64,000 nt of DNA from an uncultured Fibrobacterota bacterium (lineage in GTDB: Bacteria; Fibrobacterota; Chitinivibrionia; Chitinivibrionales; FEN-1185). The notes below the pieces were generated by a model, which had not been told where the DNA came from, did no database searches, and saw nothing but the letters and a program-made list of their open reading frames with translations. The position numbers and the translations under genes were made by a program. Positions 1 to 9,480 of the stretch are shown in pieces. The number at the start of each line of letters is the position of its first letter. Position 1 is the stretch's first letter. The DNA lies in the NCBI GenBank assembly GCA_963729895.1, contig CAVSQB010000005.1, positions 128,001 to 192,000 on the forward strand. The letters run 5' to 3'.

Positions 1-1
1 G

Positions 2-274
2 CCGTCGCGCGTTGCCGAGGCGGTGCTCAAGAAAGAAATGAACGCGGGGGGCAAGCGCCGGATGAACCCTGCGTTCGGCCGCGGCGAGCTCCTTGATGAA
101 ATAACCGAGTTCCCCTTTCTCGCAATAGAAACCGACGGCAGCCCTTTTCCGCAGCTCGTTGAGGCGAACTTAGAAGCTTTTGTCGTGCAGGCCCGAAGGC
201 TCCATGAAAAAATGAAGGGGATGAGGCGGCATCGGGTGAAAAAAGGCTCGCGGGCGTTCCTGGCGGCACGGTAG
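2..274 (+). CDS. 3' end (partial) of an acyl-CoA dehydratase activase / 2-hydroxyacyl-CoA dehydratase-related protein
   Basis: Frame is open from the window edge. The C-terminal 'PFLAIETDGSPFPQLVEANLEAF' resembles the end of CoA-substrate-specific activase proteins. Confidence 0.6.
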   Translation, partial: PSRVAEAVLKKEMNAGGKRRMNPAFGRGELLDEITEFPFLAIETDGSPFPQLVEANLEAFVVQARRLHEKMKGMRRHRVKKGSRAFLAAR

Positions 275-321
275 CGTCTCCGTATGTGGACATAACGGAA
301 TACCGCTCCGGGCGCCGGACG

Positions 322-1479
322 TCAGAAATAGAAACCTTGCTGGTGATGGACCAGCGATCCCTTGAGGTAGTAGTACCTGTCGAGTTTGGCGCTCAGGCCG
401 CAGAGAATTTCATACCCGATGGTGCCGCAGAGGAGCCCCACTTCATCTGCGGTAATAGCGGCTCCTCCTTGATACCCGATTGCAACCGCTTCGTCGCCCA
501 GGCGCACAAGAGGCTCCGGTCCGACGTCCGCCATGATGTAGTCCATGGTGACGGCGCCGGCGATTGCATACCGCGTGCCGCCGATGAGAACGCTTCCCGT
601 GCCGGTGAGTTTTCGCGGCAGCCCGATTCCGTAGCCCAGCGGGATCGTTGCGATACACGTTTCCTGCGGCGTTATGTAACGGGCGCCGTAGCTCACGGTG
701 GTGCCGGCTGGAACGCGCTTGATTTTGACAACATGCGCCTTGAGCGCGGCGGCGCATTTGAGATCCAGGGGGAATTCCTGGGCCGGGTCGGGTTTGCATC
801 CGTACAGGGAGATGCCGGGACGTACCAGGGTGCATTCGAGAGCCGCTGGAAACCGCATGATGGCGGCGCTGTTCGCGTAGTGGATGTGATGAGGAGTTAT
901 CCCGTTTTGCCTCAAAATATCGAGAGCGGCCCCGAACAACCTTACCTGGGAACCTACCGACGCCGTGCCTGGTGCGTCGGCGCAGGCAAGGTGCGTGCAT
1001 GCGCCTTCGCACCTCAGGGCACGGTTACTCTTCAGGACAGCCGCGATGCCCGCTATCTCGCCGGGAAGAACACCGAGCCTGCCCATGCCAGTATCAATAT
1101 TCACGTGAAACCGGACCGGCACTGCGCTTTCGCCCCACAAAGACAGGTCCAACGGATCGTTGAGGGAAAAACTGACGTTGTTCGCCGAGCCCCAGGCAAG
1201 TTCGTCGATATCGCATTTGCCGAGAACAAGGATGGGGAGCGCCACGCCTCCGCTGCGGACGGCATTCGCCTCGGCCGCAGTGGCGACGGCAAGCCATTCA
1301 ACGCCATGCGTTTCCAGCGCCCTGCTTACCGCCACAGACCCGCAGCCGTAGGCGAGGTCCTTGACAACAGCCATTATGCCTTTGCGCGGTCCGATGGCGC
1401 GACGCAGTCCATCAAGGTTATGGAGGATGTTGTCGAGCGAGATCTCGACATACGGATACTGCAACGGCGGCACGTTCAT
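322..1479 (-). CDS. alr: Alanine racemase (PLP-dependent)
   Basis: AVVK(DL)AYG PLP-lysine motif, DTGMGRLG, HYANSAA, VRPGISLYG, VSYG catalytic Tyr, PLGYGIG, MD, TIGYE; 385 aa. Confidence 0.92.
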   Translation of the reverse strand: MNVPPLQYPYVEISLDNILHNLDGLRRAIGPRKGIMAVVKDLAYGCGSVAVSRALETHGVEWLAVATAAEANAVRSGGVALPILVLGKCDIDELAWGSANNVSFSLNDPLDLSLWGESAVPVRFHVNIDTGMGRLGVLPGEIAGIAAVLKSNRALRCEGACTHLACADAPGTASVGSQVRLFGAALDILRQNGITPHHIHYANSAAIMRFPAALECTLVRPGISLYGCKPDPAQEFPLDLKCAAALKAHVVKIKRVPAGTTVSYGARYITPQETCIATIPLGYGIGLPRKLTGTGSVLIGGTRYAIAGAVTMDYIMADVGPEPLVRLGDEAVAIGYQGGAAITADEVGLLCGTIGYEILCGLSAKLDRYYYLKGSLVHHQQGFYF

Positions 1480-2132
1480 GATGACTTAGCCCTTGTTGCT
1501 TTGACAATTGAAGAAAGCCGGCGGGCCTTCCCGGCAATCGCCGCGAGAGCTGCCGGCGAAAAGTTTTTGCCGTTGACTACCGACGAGCCCACAAAGAGCC
1601 CGGAGGCCCCGGCGTCAAGATAGTCAGCCGCGTTTACCTCGCTCACGCCGCCGCAGGGAAACAATACCGCGTCGGGCAGCGGGGCCTTAAGCGAACGGAT
1701 GTATGCCGGGCCGCCCACGGCATTGCAGGGAAACACCTTTATCGCATCCGCGCCGGCGCCGGCGGCCCGGGCGATTTCGGTAGGGGTGAGAGCGCCGGGG
1801 AAGACCGGGACCGATGCCGATTTGCATGCGTCAATAACACCTTCGTTTGTATTCGGGCTCACGATGTAAGCGGCGCCGGCGGCAAGCGCGGTCCGCACCA
1901 TGGCGGCATCGAGGACGGTGCCCGCTCCGAGCAGAAGCGAACCGCCGAACCTGTGCGAGGTTTTTTCGAGCACCCCAAGCGAACCCGGCGCAGACAGGGA
2001 AATTTCCAGCGCCGCGACATGTCCCTTTGTGAGGGCCTCAACCACCAGGGCGACATCTTCCGCGCACAGCCCTCTTACAATAGGGATGACGCCGACGTCG
2101 AGGAGCTTTGCGAATGTTTCCGATGTGGTCAT
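1476..2132 (-). CDS. eda: KDPG/KHG aldolase
   Basis: GAGTVLD, YIVSP, PGALTPTEI, IKVFP, GGPAYIRSL, GGV motifs. Start moved to ATG 2132, which has GAGG upstream. Confidence 0.9.
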   Translation of the reverse strand: MTTSETFAKLLDVGVIPIVRGLCAEDVALVVEALTKGHVAALEISLSAPGSLGVLEKTSHRFGGSLLLGAGTVLDAAMVRTALAAGAAYIVSPNTNEGVIDACKSASVPVFPGALTPTEIARAAGAGADAIKVFPCNAVGGPAYIRSLKAPLPDAVLFPCGGVSEVNAADYLDAGASGLFVGSSVVNGKNFSPAALAAIAGKARRLSSIVKATRAKSS

Positions 2133-2151
2133 GCCTCGGCTCCGGGGTGCA

Positions 2152-2508
2152 TCAGGAAACCTTGGCATCGACAATTGCCCATTTGTCCGCGTTCCGTTTG
2201 CGGAAGAAACATGATTTGTATCCTTCGTGGCATGCTGCACCTGTCTGGTCAATCAAGAAGAGAACGGCGTCGCCGTCGCAGTCGATGCGCACTTCGCGCA
2301 CGGCCTGGAAATGCCCCGAGGTTTCGCCTTTGAGCCAGCGTTTCTTCCTGCTGCGGGAATAGTAGACCATTGTGCCGGCGGAAAGCGTTTCCAGGAGAGT
2401 TTCGCGGTTCATATAAGCAACCATGAGGACCTGTTTTGTGTCCGCGTCCTGCGCAATTGCGGCCACCAGGCCGCGATCGTCGAACTTTACCGAGTCGAGA
2501 AGAGTCAT
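2152..2508 (-). CDS. hisI: Phosphoribosyl-AMP cyclohydrolase
   Basis: [34 protein letters not shown] motifs; start at ATG 2508. Confidence 0.95.
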   Translation of the reverse strand: MTLLDSVKFDDRGLVAAIAQDADTKQVLMVAYMNRETLLETLSAGTMVYYSRSRKKRWLKGETSGHFQAVREVRIDCDGDAVLFLIDQTGAACHEGYKSCFFRKRNADKWAIVDAKVS

Positions 2509-2527
2509 GGTGCGTTTCCCCGAAAGG

Positions 2528-3793
2528 TTATTCACGTATTTGCCCGTTTCCTTCCACAATCCATTTATACGTTGTCAAGTCAGCAACTCCCATAGGCCCG
2601 CGCGCGTGCAGCTTATCGGTGGATATCCCGATTTCCGCGCCCAGCCCGTATTCTCCGCCGTCGGAAAACCTCGTGCTGGCGTTGACCATCACCGACGAGG
2701 AATCGACAAGGCGCACAAACTGGCCGGCTTCCTCTTTCGATTCGGTAACGATCGAATCGGTGTGGTGCGAACCGTAGGTGTTGATATGCGAGACAGCCGC
2801 GTTCACGCCGTCCACCACGCGTACGGCAAGCCGCAGGTCGAGATATTCGGCGCGCCAGTCGTCTTCCGTGGCCCGCTTGATGCCGGGCGCGAGTTTCCGT
2901 ACCGCAGGATCGCCAAAAATGGTTACGCCCTTGTCGACAAGCGCTGCAATGAGGCGTTTCTTGCTTTGGTCCGCCAGGGATGCGTCGAGCAGAAGGGTTT
3001 CCATTGCATTGCAGACCGCCGGCCGCTGGACCTTTGCATTCACCACAAGGGGAACGGCTTTTGCCATGTCGGCGTTACGCGACACATACACGTGGCATAC
3101 GCCTTTGTAATGTTTGATAACGGGGATATGCGATTTTTCCACCACTGCCCTGATCAGTCCCTCACCGCCGCGGGGGATCACAAGGTCGATCTCCTCTTCT
3201 TTCTTCAGGAGAAGGTCGATTGCCGCGCGGTCCGTGGTGGGAATAAGCTGCACGACGTTTTGAGGTAATCCGACGCGTCTGCATGCTTCGCCGAACAGAA
3301 AGGCAAGCGCCTTGTTGGAAAAGAATGCCTCCGAGCCGCCGCGCAGGACCACGCTGTTGCGCGACTTGAGGCACAGAGACGCCGCGTCCACCGTCACGTT
3401 GGGCCGCGATTCGTAGATGATGGCGATCACGCCGATGGGCACCCTCATTTTGCAAATTGAAAGCCCGTTGGGGCGCACGCGTTCGTCAAACCTGGCGCCT
3501 ACCGGCGTGGACATCGCGGCCACTTCGGTAAGCCCCTTCTTCATGGATGCGAACGTTTTGTCAGAAAGGGTGAGCCGCTCAATCATGGGGCCGGCAACAT
3601 TTTTTGCGCGGGCGCGATTGAGGTCTTTCTTGTTGGCTGCGACAAGAACGGCCTTGTTCGAATCGAGCAGCTCCGCCATTGCCAGCAGGCATGCGTCGAC
3701 TTTGTCTTGCGGCGTGTCAAGAAGGAGGCGGCTTGAAGCGCGGGCCTTGCGGGCGATGGCGTCGATTGTTTTCTGGAGAGAAGATGCTGCCAT
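2528..3793 (-). CDS. proA: Gamma-glutamyl phosphate reductase
   Basis: [52 protein letters not shown]. Confidence 0.97.
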   Translation of the reverse strand: MAASSLQKTIDAIARKARASSRLLLDTPQDKVDACLLAMAELLDSNKAVLVAANKKDLNRARAKNVAGPMIERLTLSDKTFASMKKGLTEVAAMSTPVGARFDERVRPNGLSICKMRVPIGVIAIIYESRPNVTVDAASLCLKSRNSVVLRGGSEAFFSNKALAFLFGEACRRVGLPQNVVQLIPTTDRAAIDLLLKKEEEIDLVIPRGGEGLIRAVVEKSHIPVIKHYKGVCHVYVSRNADMAKAVPLVVNAKVQRPAVCNAMETLLLDASLADQSKKRLIAALVDKGVTIFGDPAVRKLAPGIKRATEDDWRAEYLDLRLAVRVVDGVNAAVSHINTYGSHHTDSIVTESKEEAGQFVRLVDSSSVMVNASTRFSDGGEYGLGAEIGISTDKLHARGPMGVADLTTYKWIVEGNGQIRE

Positions 3794-3876
3794 AACGGGT
3801 TCCCCGGAGAAGACGGTTTTGGGATGATTGCGAATCTCGGAAGAGGCGCCTCCGCAGAGTCACGGTAAAATCGAGC

Positions 3877-3960
3877 CTAACTCTTCCGTTCTCCTCTGCG
3901 TCTTTGAGAGTCTGGGCGAGAATCTTTCCATGCCTTTTTCGAGCGGTGAGTCCTCCACAT
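3877..3960 (-). CDS. Possible 27-aa basic peptide (MWRTHRSKKAWKDSRPDSQRRRGERKS) between proB and proA
   Basis: GGGAGGT Shine-Dalgarno 8 nt before ATG, in the operon direction; no homology evidence. Confidence 0.25.
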   Translation of the reverse strand: MWRTHRSKKAWKDSRPDSQRRRGERKS

Positions 3961-3983
3961 CCCAAAATACCTCCCGGATGCGA

Positions 3984-5102
3984 CTAAAGGACCACCAGAT
4001 TATCCCGGTGGATGATCTCGTCAAAGGTCTTCTGGCCCAGGCGCAGGGCTATATCGACGGTCTTGCAGCCCGCTATCCTTTCAGCTTCGACCGAGGAATA
4101 GTTGACCAGGCCGCGCGCGATAGTCTGTTTCCCGCTGTCCTGCACGTCCACCATGTCGCCGACCTTGAACGTGCCCACAACATGCCTGATGCCGGCCGGG
4201 AGAAGGCTTTTTTGCTTTTGGGTAATGGCGCGCACGGCGCCGTCGTCGATGACAAGAGCGCCGCTGGGTTGGCCTGTAAACGCGATCCATCTCCGCCGCG
4301 ACGTCATCCTTTTCCTGTTTGGCAGGAACAGCGTACCGGCTTTGGGGTCGGAGAGCACGTCAAGAAGGGTCCGGTGATAGCCGTCGCCGACAAGTGCGAA
4401 AATCCCAGCCTTGGTCACCAGCTCCGCCGCCCGGAGTTTGGTCGCCATGCCGCCGACGCTTATCTCGTTCTTGTTGTCCGACGCCATAGCATGAATGGCG
4501 GAGGTGATGCTTTCCACGAGGGGAATCTGTTGGGCGCTCTTCGCTTCGGCGGGGTCCGCGTCGTACAGCCCGTTGATGTCGGTAAGGTTGACAAACAGGT
4601 CCGCCTGCACGAGCAGGGAAAGCTGCGCCGCCAGCGTATCGTTTTCTCCGAACCTGATTTCCTCCACGCCCACCGAGTCGTTCTCGTTGATAATAGGGAC
4701 CGCGCCGCAGTCCAAGAGCGCAAACAAGGTGTTTCTCAGATTGAGGTACCGTTTCTTGTCCCGTAAATCGTCCCACGTGAGAAGCACCTGCCCGATTGGA
4801 ATATGGTGTTTTGCAAAGCACGCCTCGTAGCCGTTCATGAGGCGGATCTGGCCCAGCGAGGCGCAAGCTTGCTTTTCAGGAATAGTCGACGGGCGTTTGT
4901 CGAGTCGCAACACGGCCATGCCGTGCGCAATGGCGCCCGAGGACACCAGAAGCACGCGTTTCCCCGACCGCATGAGGAACGCTATGGAATCCACAATCGA
5001 ACGCACGCGCCGGGCGCGCGGAACATTGTCCTGTGAGGTAAGGATTCGGCTGCCGACCTTGACGACAATGGTGGTACTGTGGGCGATTTCCTTGCGAAAC
5101 AC
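3984..5102 (-). CDS. proB: Glutamate 5-kinase with PUA domain
   Basis: VVKVGS, VSSGAIA.G, VPIINEND, FGENDTL, GGMATKL, SLLPAGI, C-terminal IHRDNL. Confidence 0.97.
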   Translation of the reverse strand: MFRKEIAHSTTIVVKVGSRILTSQDNVPRARRVRSIVDSIAFLMRSGKRVLLVSSGAIAHGMAVLRLDKRPSTIPEKQACASLGQIRLMNGYEACFAKHHIPIGQVLLTWDDLRDKKRYLNLRNTLFALLDCGAVPIINENDSVGVEEIRFGENDTLAAQLSLLVQADLFVNLTDINGLYDADPAEAKSAQQIPLVESITSAIHAMASDNKNEISVGGMATKLRAAELVTKAGIFALVGDGYHRTLLDVLSDPKAGTLFLPNRKRMTSRRRWIAFTGQPSGALVIDDGAVRAITQKQKSLLPAGIRHVVGTFKVGDMVDVQDSGKQTIARGLVNYSSVEAERIAGCKTVDIALRLGQKTFDEIIHRDNLVVL

Positions 5103-5127
5103 TGGTGGTCGGCCTTTGCAGTGGTGG

Positions 5128-5724
5128 TTACCGCGTTTTTTCCATCCTGACGATAGTCTGTTCGAGTTCGCTTATCTTCTTGAGCAGGGCCGATTTTTCC
5201 ATGTCGAGCGAATCACGTTCGGTTGAGCAGCGCTGGATCGATTCGAGCAGGGTGTCCAGACTGCCGCTTGCCATTGCGGTCTTGTTCTGGAGCCGCCGTA
5301 TGCGCGCAGACGTTTCGTCGTACTGGTCTTCGAAGCCCTTGAGAACAACGAGGATCTTGGTGAGGGTGTTCACCTCGCCCATAAGCTTGTCGTCCGGATA
5401 CCGGGTCCGAAACGAGTTGAATGCGTCAAGAGCCGCTCTCGGATCGGCCTTCGGGTTGTCATAATAAATGTTGAGGTAGCCGATTTTGTACAACGCCTGC
5501 TTTGCCGAAGCCGTTTGCGAATAGGCGGGGGACAAGGCAAGGTCCTGGTATATCTTGAGCGCCTCGGGATACCTCTTCTTGTCGAAGTGGTCGTCGGCTT
5601 CGGCAAGCAGGCGCCGGTCGTAGGTGTATTGGGAGGCGCGGCCGGCGGCGCACCCGCACGCGGCCACGAAGGCGAGCGCGAGAAGAATCCGGAGTGCGTT
5701 GTTGCCGCTGGTTTTGTTTTTCAA
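5128..5724 (-). CDS. TPR (BamD/YfiO-like) lipoprotein with C-terminal coiled coil
   Basis: Hydrophobic signal ending in AC/GC; TPR-like helices (ALYKIGY, F...YPDD); heptad-rich tail. Confidence 0.65.
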   Translation of the reverse strand: MKNKTSGNNALRILLALAFVAACGCAAGRASQYTYDRRLLAEADDHFDKKRYPEALKIYQDLALSPAYSQTASAKQALYKIGYLNIYYDNPKADPRAALDAFNSFRTRYPDDKLMGEVNTLTKILVVLKGFEDQYDETSARIRRLQNKTAMASGSLDTLLESIQRCSTERDSLDMEKSALLKKISELEQTIVRMEKTR

Positions 5725-5764
5725 TGGACCCGCCGTTTTCGATGGCCGCGATTGTGAGTATGTA

Positions 5765-6898
5765 TCAATCTTCCGAAGACCTGTCCAGGTTTATCATCTG
5801 CTCGCCGCTCGAGGTGTATTCTTCGACGACGGGGTTCCTGATTTCGCGGAGTTTTTTGGTGACGCTGGAAATCCGCTCGGTTTCCTCGAGAATGACCTTG
5901 ACCCGCTCCTTCATATCGTCCGGGAACTCCTTCATGGACATTTCGAGAAACTGGGCGTTTCCCGATATGATCATGAGCGGGTTGTTTATCTCGTGGTTTA
6001 CCGAAGCGACCACTTCGCCGATGGCCGCAAGCCGTTTCGATTTCACGAGTTCTTCCTGGGCCTTTTTCAGGTCGGTGGCCATCTGGTGGAACGCGCCTGC
6101 GAGATCGCCGATTTCGTCGGTCGGGTAGCCCGACGGATCAAACGAAAAGTCGCCCTTGCCGATGGCGCTTGCCGATGCCTTGAGGCGGCGAAGCGAGTTT
6201 GTCACCACCTGGGAGAAGAAGAGCGCGAATCCGCTCGCCACAAGGATAACGATAATAAGGATGATGATCGTCATCTGCTTGATGTCGTTGATGCGCTGTT
6301 CGGTGTCTTTGATGACGCTGTTCGTCTGCTCGTCTATGATGGCATCGGTTGCTTTGAGCGACTTGCTCAAGACCATGTCGGCCGAATCGAGAACCGCGGT
6401 GAGCTGCACGCCTTGGGCGTTCTCCACATATTTCATGGAATCGAGAGGTTTCCCGGAGAACACGAGGGCCGCGAACGACGTGTCGTACAGCGTGCTGTTG
6501 TCAATGACGGTTGCCATGAGCGACAGGAGCTTCAGGTGGTTCCCGTAGTGTGCGGAACTGTTGACGTTCTTTCGGAATACGGCGGAATCCAGCTCGGAAA
6601 TCACGTTCAGTTCGATGCTGATGGAATCAAGGAGCCGCAGCACGATCCTGTCCGTCTGCCTGAAATTTTCCACCGATTCCGGCTTGCCGATCGCCTCGTA
6701 GGACGTCCTGCTCCTGCGCTTGTCGCTCTGCAGGTTGGCAACCCGCAACAGTCCGTTTTTTACCTCGTCCTGTCGCTTGAGTATGTTGGCGATACCGTTC
6801 AAATCGGACAGTTTGTTGACAATGACGACATAGATGACGTTAAGGAGAATGACAAAAAGGAACCCCAGAAAGAGCTTTGAGGAAATGGTAAGACGCAT
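5765..6898 (-). CDS. Membrane sensor with HAMP and HisKA domains, lacking HATPase
   Basis: Two TM segments, HAMP (DEIGDLAGAFHQM), H-box (VNHEINNPL). The protein ends about 65 aa later with no N/G boxes. Confidence 0.8.
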   Translation of the reverse strand: MRLTISSKLFLGFLFVILLNVIYVVIVNKLSDLNGIANILKRQDEVKNGLLRVANLQSDKRRSRTSYEAIGKPESVENFRQTDRIVLRLLDSISIELNVISELDSAVFRKNVNSSAHYGNHLKLLSLMATVIDNSTLYDTSFAALVFSGKPLDSMKYVENAQGVQLTAVLDSADMVLSKSLKATDAIIDEQTNSVIKDTEQRINDIKQMTIIILIIVILVASGFALFFSQVVTNSLRRLKASASAIGKGDFSFDPSGYPTDEIGDLAGAFHQMATDLKKAQEELVKSKRLAAIGEVVASVNHEINNPLMIISGNAQFLEMSMKEFPDDMKERVKVILEETERISSVTKKLREIRNPVVEEYTSSGEQMINLDRSSED

Positions 6899-6951
6899 AA
6901 AGGTGTTTGGCGAACCTCTGGATTGATGTGTACAGTGCGGCGCGGGCCGCA

Positions 6952-9480
6952 TCAGAAATCATGCCCTATCGAAAAGTAAAAGAGATTTTCCGACAGAATG
7001 TTCAAGTCGGGATCGAGCTTATTCCGCAACAGCCTTCCCCACGAAAAACAGACAGGCCCCACCATGGGGAGCTCGTACGCGATTCCTACGCCCATCCCGA
7101 CGGGCGCGTCATCAAGGAATTCCCTGGCAACCGTGCCGAGGCCGCCGTTGGCAAGTTTGTCGAGTTTCCATTGCTCCTGCCACGGCCAGGCGTATCCCCA
7201 GTCGAGCGAAGCCAGGAGGTAAAGACCCTGCCGCACGCGCACCCTGTAATTTCCACGAAGGAGAAAGGTAATGTCGCCGGGCAGGCTCCTCGGCCGCAAT
7301 CCGAAAAAAGACAGATAATCGAAAACGCCTATGTCTTTGTATTTTTCTTCCGGAATCGCTCCTCCGAGATACACCTTTTCGACGGCGGGCATCGAGTCGG
7401 TCGACCAGACAAATTGCAGTTGCGGCGAAAAAGTGTGAATCTTCGCAAATGTGAAGTACGGCGCGGCGCCTCCCTCGATCTTGAGAAAGCTTTCCGTCCC
7501 GGTGACCACGTCATGCGCAACGCCGACTGTAATATAGGTCTTCTGACCTTTTTCGGGAAAGGGAAATTTGTCAAGATCGTCTCCGGTCAGCCGCAGCATA
7601 AGATACTGCATGCCGTGTTCAAAACCGCCAAAGGGATCCTGAAATCCGCTCGTTTCGTAGACCGAAAACTTTTCAATCCTAATTCCCCCCTCGAGCATGA
7701 AAAAATTTCCCAGTTGCATTCCAATGATGGCCAAGACCCCTTCCCTGCCGAGCGTCTGCTCTTCCAATTTTACATGGGTGAGTATCGAATCCACCGAATC
7801 CGCGTATTCCTGCCGCTCCACCACTTCTTCCCTGGACAGGTATCCCTGCACCTGGGCCATGTTTGCGAATTCCGGGGAGAAGACGTGGTTTCCAAGCAGC
7901 TCCAGCGCATACTTTTCGCGCATGAGCCCGTACTGGATGTGCAGCGAGGCAACGATACCGAGGCCGAACAGGTTCTCGTATGCGGGTTGCACGTATCCTT
8001 CCAGGAGGTTGTATTCGTCGAACCTCAGTCCGATCCGCGCCCGCCAGTATTCCTTTTCATTCAAGGTTATGTCGACAACGCCGTTTGTGTCCGGCACGAT
8101 GTTGACGTTCTTGAACAGGTCCGACGCGTACAGTGATTCCGTCGCCTTATCGATTGTTTTTGTCGTCAAGGTGTCGCCGATTTTCATCCCGAGCATCGAT
8201 TGCACGGTTGATAAACGCGTCACCAGGTTGCCGTGCACCGCAAACCTCTTTACCACCCCTTGGGACAGGGTCACCGTCGTGACCGAGTCGATGCGGCGGA
8301 CGTCGAGGATTCGCACAAAGGCACTTCCGCGGTCATTCAGGACCCGGTACACTGTTTTTGCGAGATCATCCCGGCACAATGGCGCGCTGCCGGCGGCCAG
8401 GGAGTCGGCAGCGCGGCCCAGGGACGCGGCAACCGCTTTTGAAACGCCCAGAAAACGAAACGGCGGGAATACACCGCCGGATCCACGGCACGGCGGGGAA
8501 GCGGCGCCCGAGTCGGAGACGAGAAGGGCCCGTATTTCGGCTATGTGTTCCATGGTGGCCGTGTATCCGCGGCCCACAAGCGTATCCACGCGTGAGAAGT
8601 CGGTGTTCTGGAAGCCGGCAAGGTCCGGCGTTATCAGGGCCGCGGCCAGTTTCCGCTCGGCCTCTTTCTGCTTGGTCAACCCGATGTTGACGACCTGGTC
8701 CATGAGGCGCACCGGGTTGTTCATATCCTGGCCCTTCCACAGGGGAGAGGTAACATCAACGGCAATTACCACGCAGTTCGGGAATTCCCGGATGCTTGAC
8801 TCCACAGGGATATTCGACAGCAGCCCGCCGTCCATGAGGAGCATCGAGTCCTGCTTGACGGGGGAAAACACAAGGGGAAAGCCGCATGAGGCGCGGATAG
8901 CGGTAATGAGGTTGCCTTTCGAGAAGACGACGCTGTGACCGGAAAGAATGTCGGTCGAAATGATTCGCAGCGGAATGGGCAGGCTGTCGAAATCCTTGCC
9001 GGACCGGAATTGGACCGCCGCAAATTTGGGCCCGAGGACGCTGTAAAACACCTGGCCGTCGGAGATGGACTGCGGCAGGAGCATGGTAAGGCTTTTATCG
9101 AACCGGACCTCAAAAAGGTAATTGCCGACGTCTTCCTTCCGGCTCATCAGCAGCTCTTTACGGGGCGCCGAGTTCCGGTAAATGCCGCTCCAGTCGAGCG
9201 CCCCTGCAAGATGCTGGATACTATCTGCGCTGTAACCGGCCGCATACAGGCCGCCGATGATGGCGCCCATGCTTGTTCCAACGACGGCATCCGGTTTGAG
9301 ACCCTGCTCTTCCAGCGCTTTTATGGTTCCGATCTGGGCAAGGCCGCGGGCGCCTCCGCCGCTCAAGACCAATACGATACATTTTCGCGGTGAGGCAAAA
9401 CTTGATGAAACGATCACGAGAGCGGCAACAAGGAGAGCCAGCGGTACAATCGTCACTGAACGCTGCGGCGTCATTACCAT
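6952..9480 (-). CDS. Patatin-like phospholipase with POTRA and Omp85-type barrel (PlpD / type Vd-like)
   Basis: LSGGGARG, GTSMG, DGG motifs; POTRA-like 'VHGNLVTR...LYASDLFKNV'; beta-rich C-terminus ending in F. ATG 9480 overlaps the upstream stop (TAATG). Confidence 0.85.
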   Translation of the reverse strand: MVMTPQRSVTIVPLALLVAALVIVSSSFASPRKCIVLVLSGGGARGLAQIGTIKALEEQGLKPDAVVGTSMGAIIGGLYAAGYSADSIQHLAGALDWSGIYRNSAPRKELLMSRKEDVGNYLFEVRFDKSLTMLLPQSISDGQVFYSVLGPKFAAVQFRSGKDFDSLPIPLRIISTDILSGHSVVFSKGNLITAIRASCGFPLVFSPVKQDSMLLMDGGLLSNIPVESSIREFPNCVVIAVDVTSPLWKGQDMNNPVRLMDQVVNIGLTKQKEAERKLAAALITPDLAGFQNTDFSRVDTLVGRGYTATMEHIAEIRALLVSDSGAASPPCRGSGGVFPPFRFLGVSKAVAASLGRAADSLAAGSAPLCRDDLAKTVYRVLNDRGSAFVRILDVRRIDSVTTVTLSQGVVKRFAVHGNLVTRLSTVQSMLGMKIGDTLTTKTIDKATESLYASDLFKNVNIVPDTNGVVDITLNEKEYWRARIGLRFDEYNLLEGYVQPAYENLFGLGIVASLHIQYGLMREKYALELLGNHVFSPEFANMAQVQGYLSREEVVERQEYADSVDSILTHVKLEEQTLGREGVLAIIGMQLGNFFMLEGGIRIEKFSVYETSGFQDPFGGFEHGMQYLMLRLTGDDLDKFPFPEKGQKTYITVGVAHDVVTGTESFLKIEGGAAPYFTFAKIHTFSPQLQFVWSTDSMPAVEKVYLGGAIPEEKYKDIGVFDYLSFFGLRPRSLPGDITFLLRGNYRVRVRQGLYLLASLDWGYAWPWQEQWKLDKLANGGLGTVAREFLDDAPVGMGVGIAYELPMVGPVCFSWGRLLRNKLDPDLNILSENLFYFSIGHDF

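Noticed and set aside
286..1623. 445-aa plus-strand ORF
   Set aside because: Antisense shadow of alr/eda with no motifs; expected in GC-rich coding DNA.
5624..8938. Long plus-strand ORFs (5624-6880, 6907-8136, 7697-8938)
   Set aside because: Antisense to the sensor and patatin genes; no recognisable protein features.
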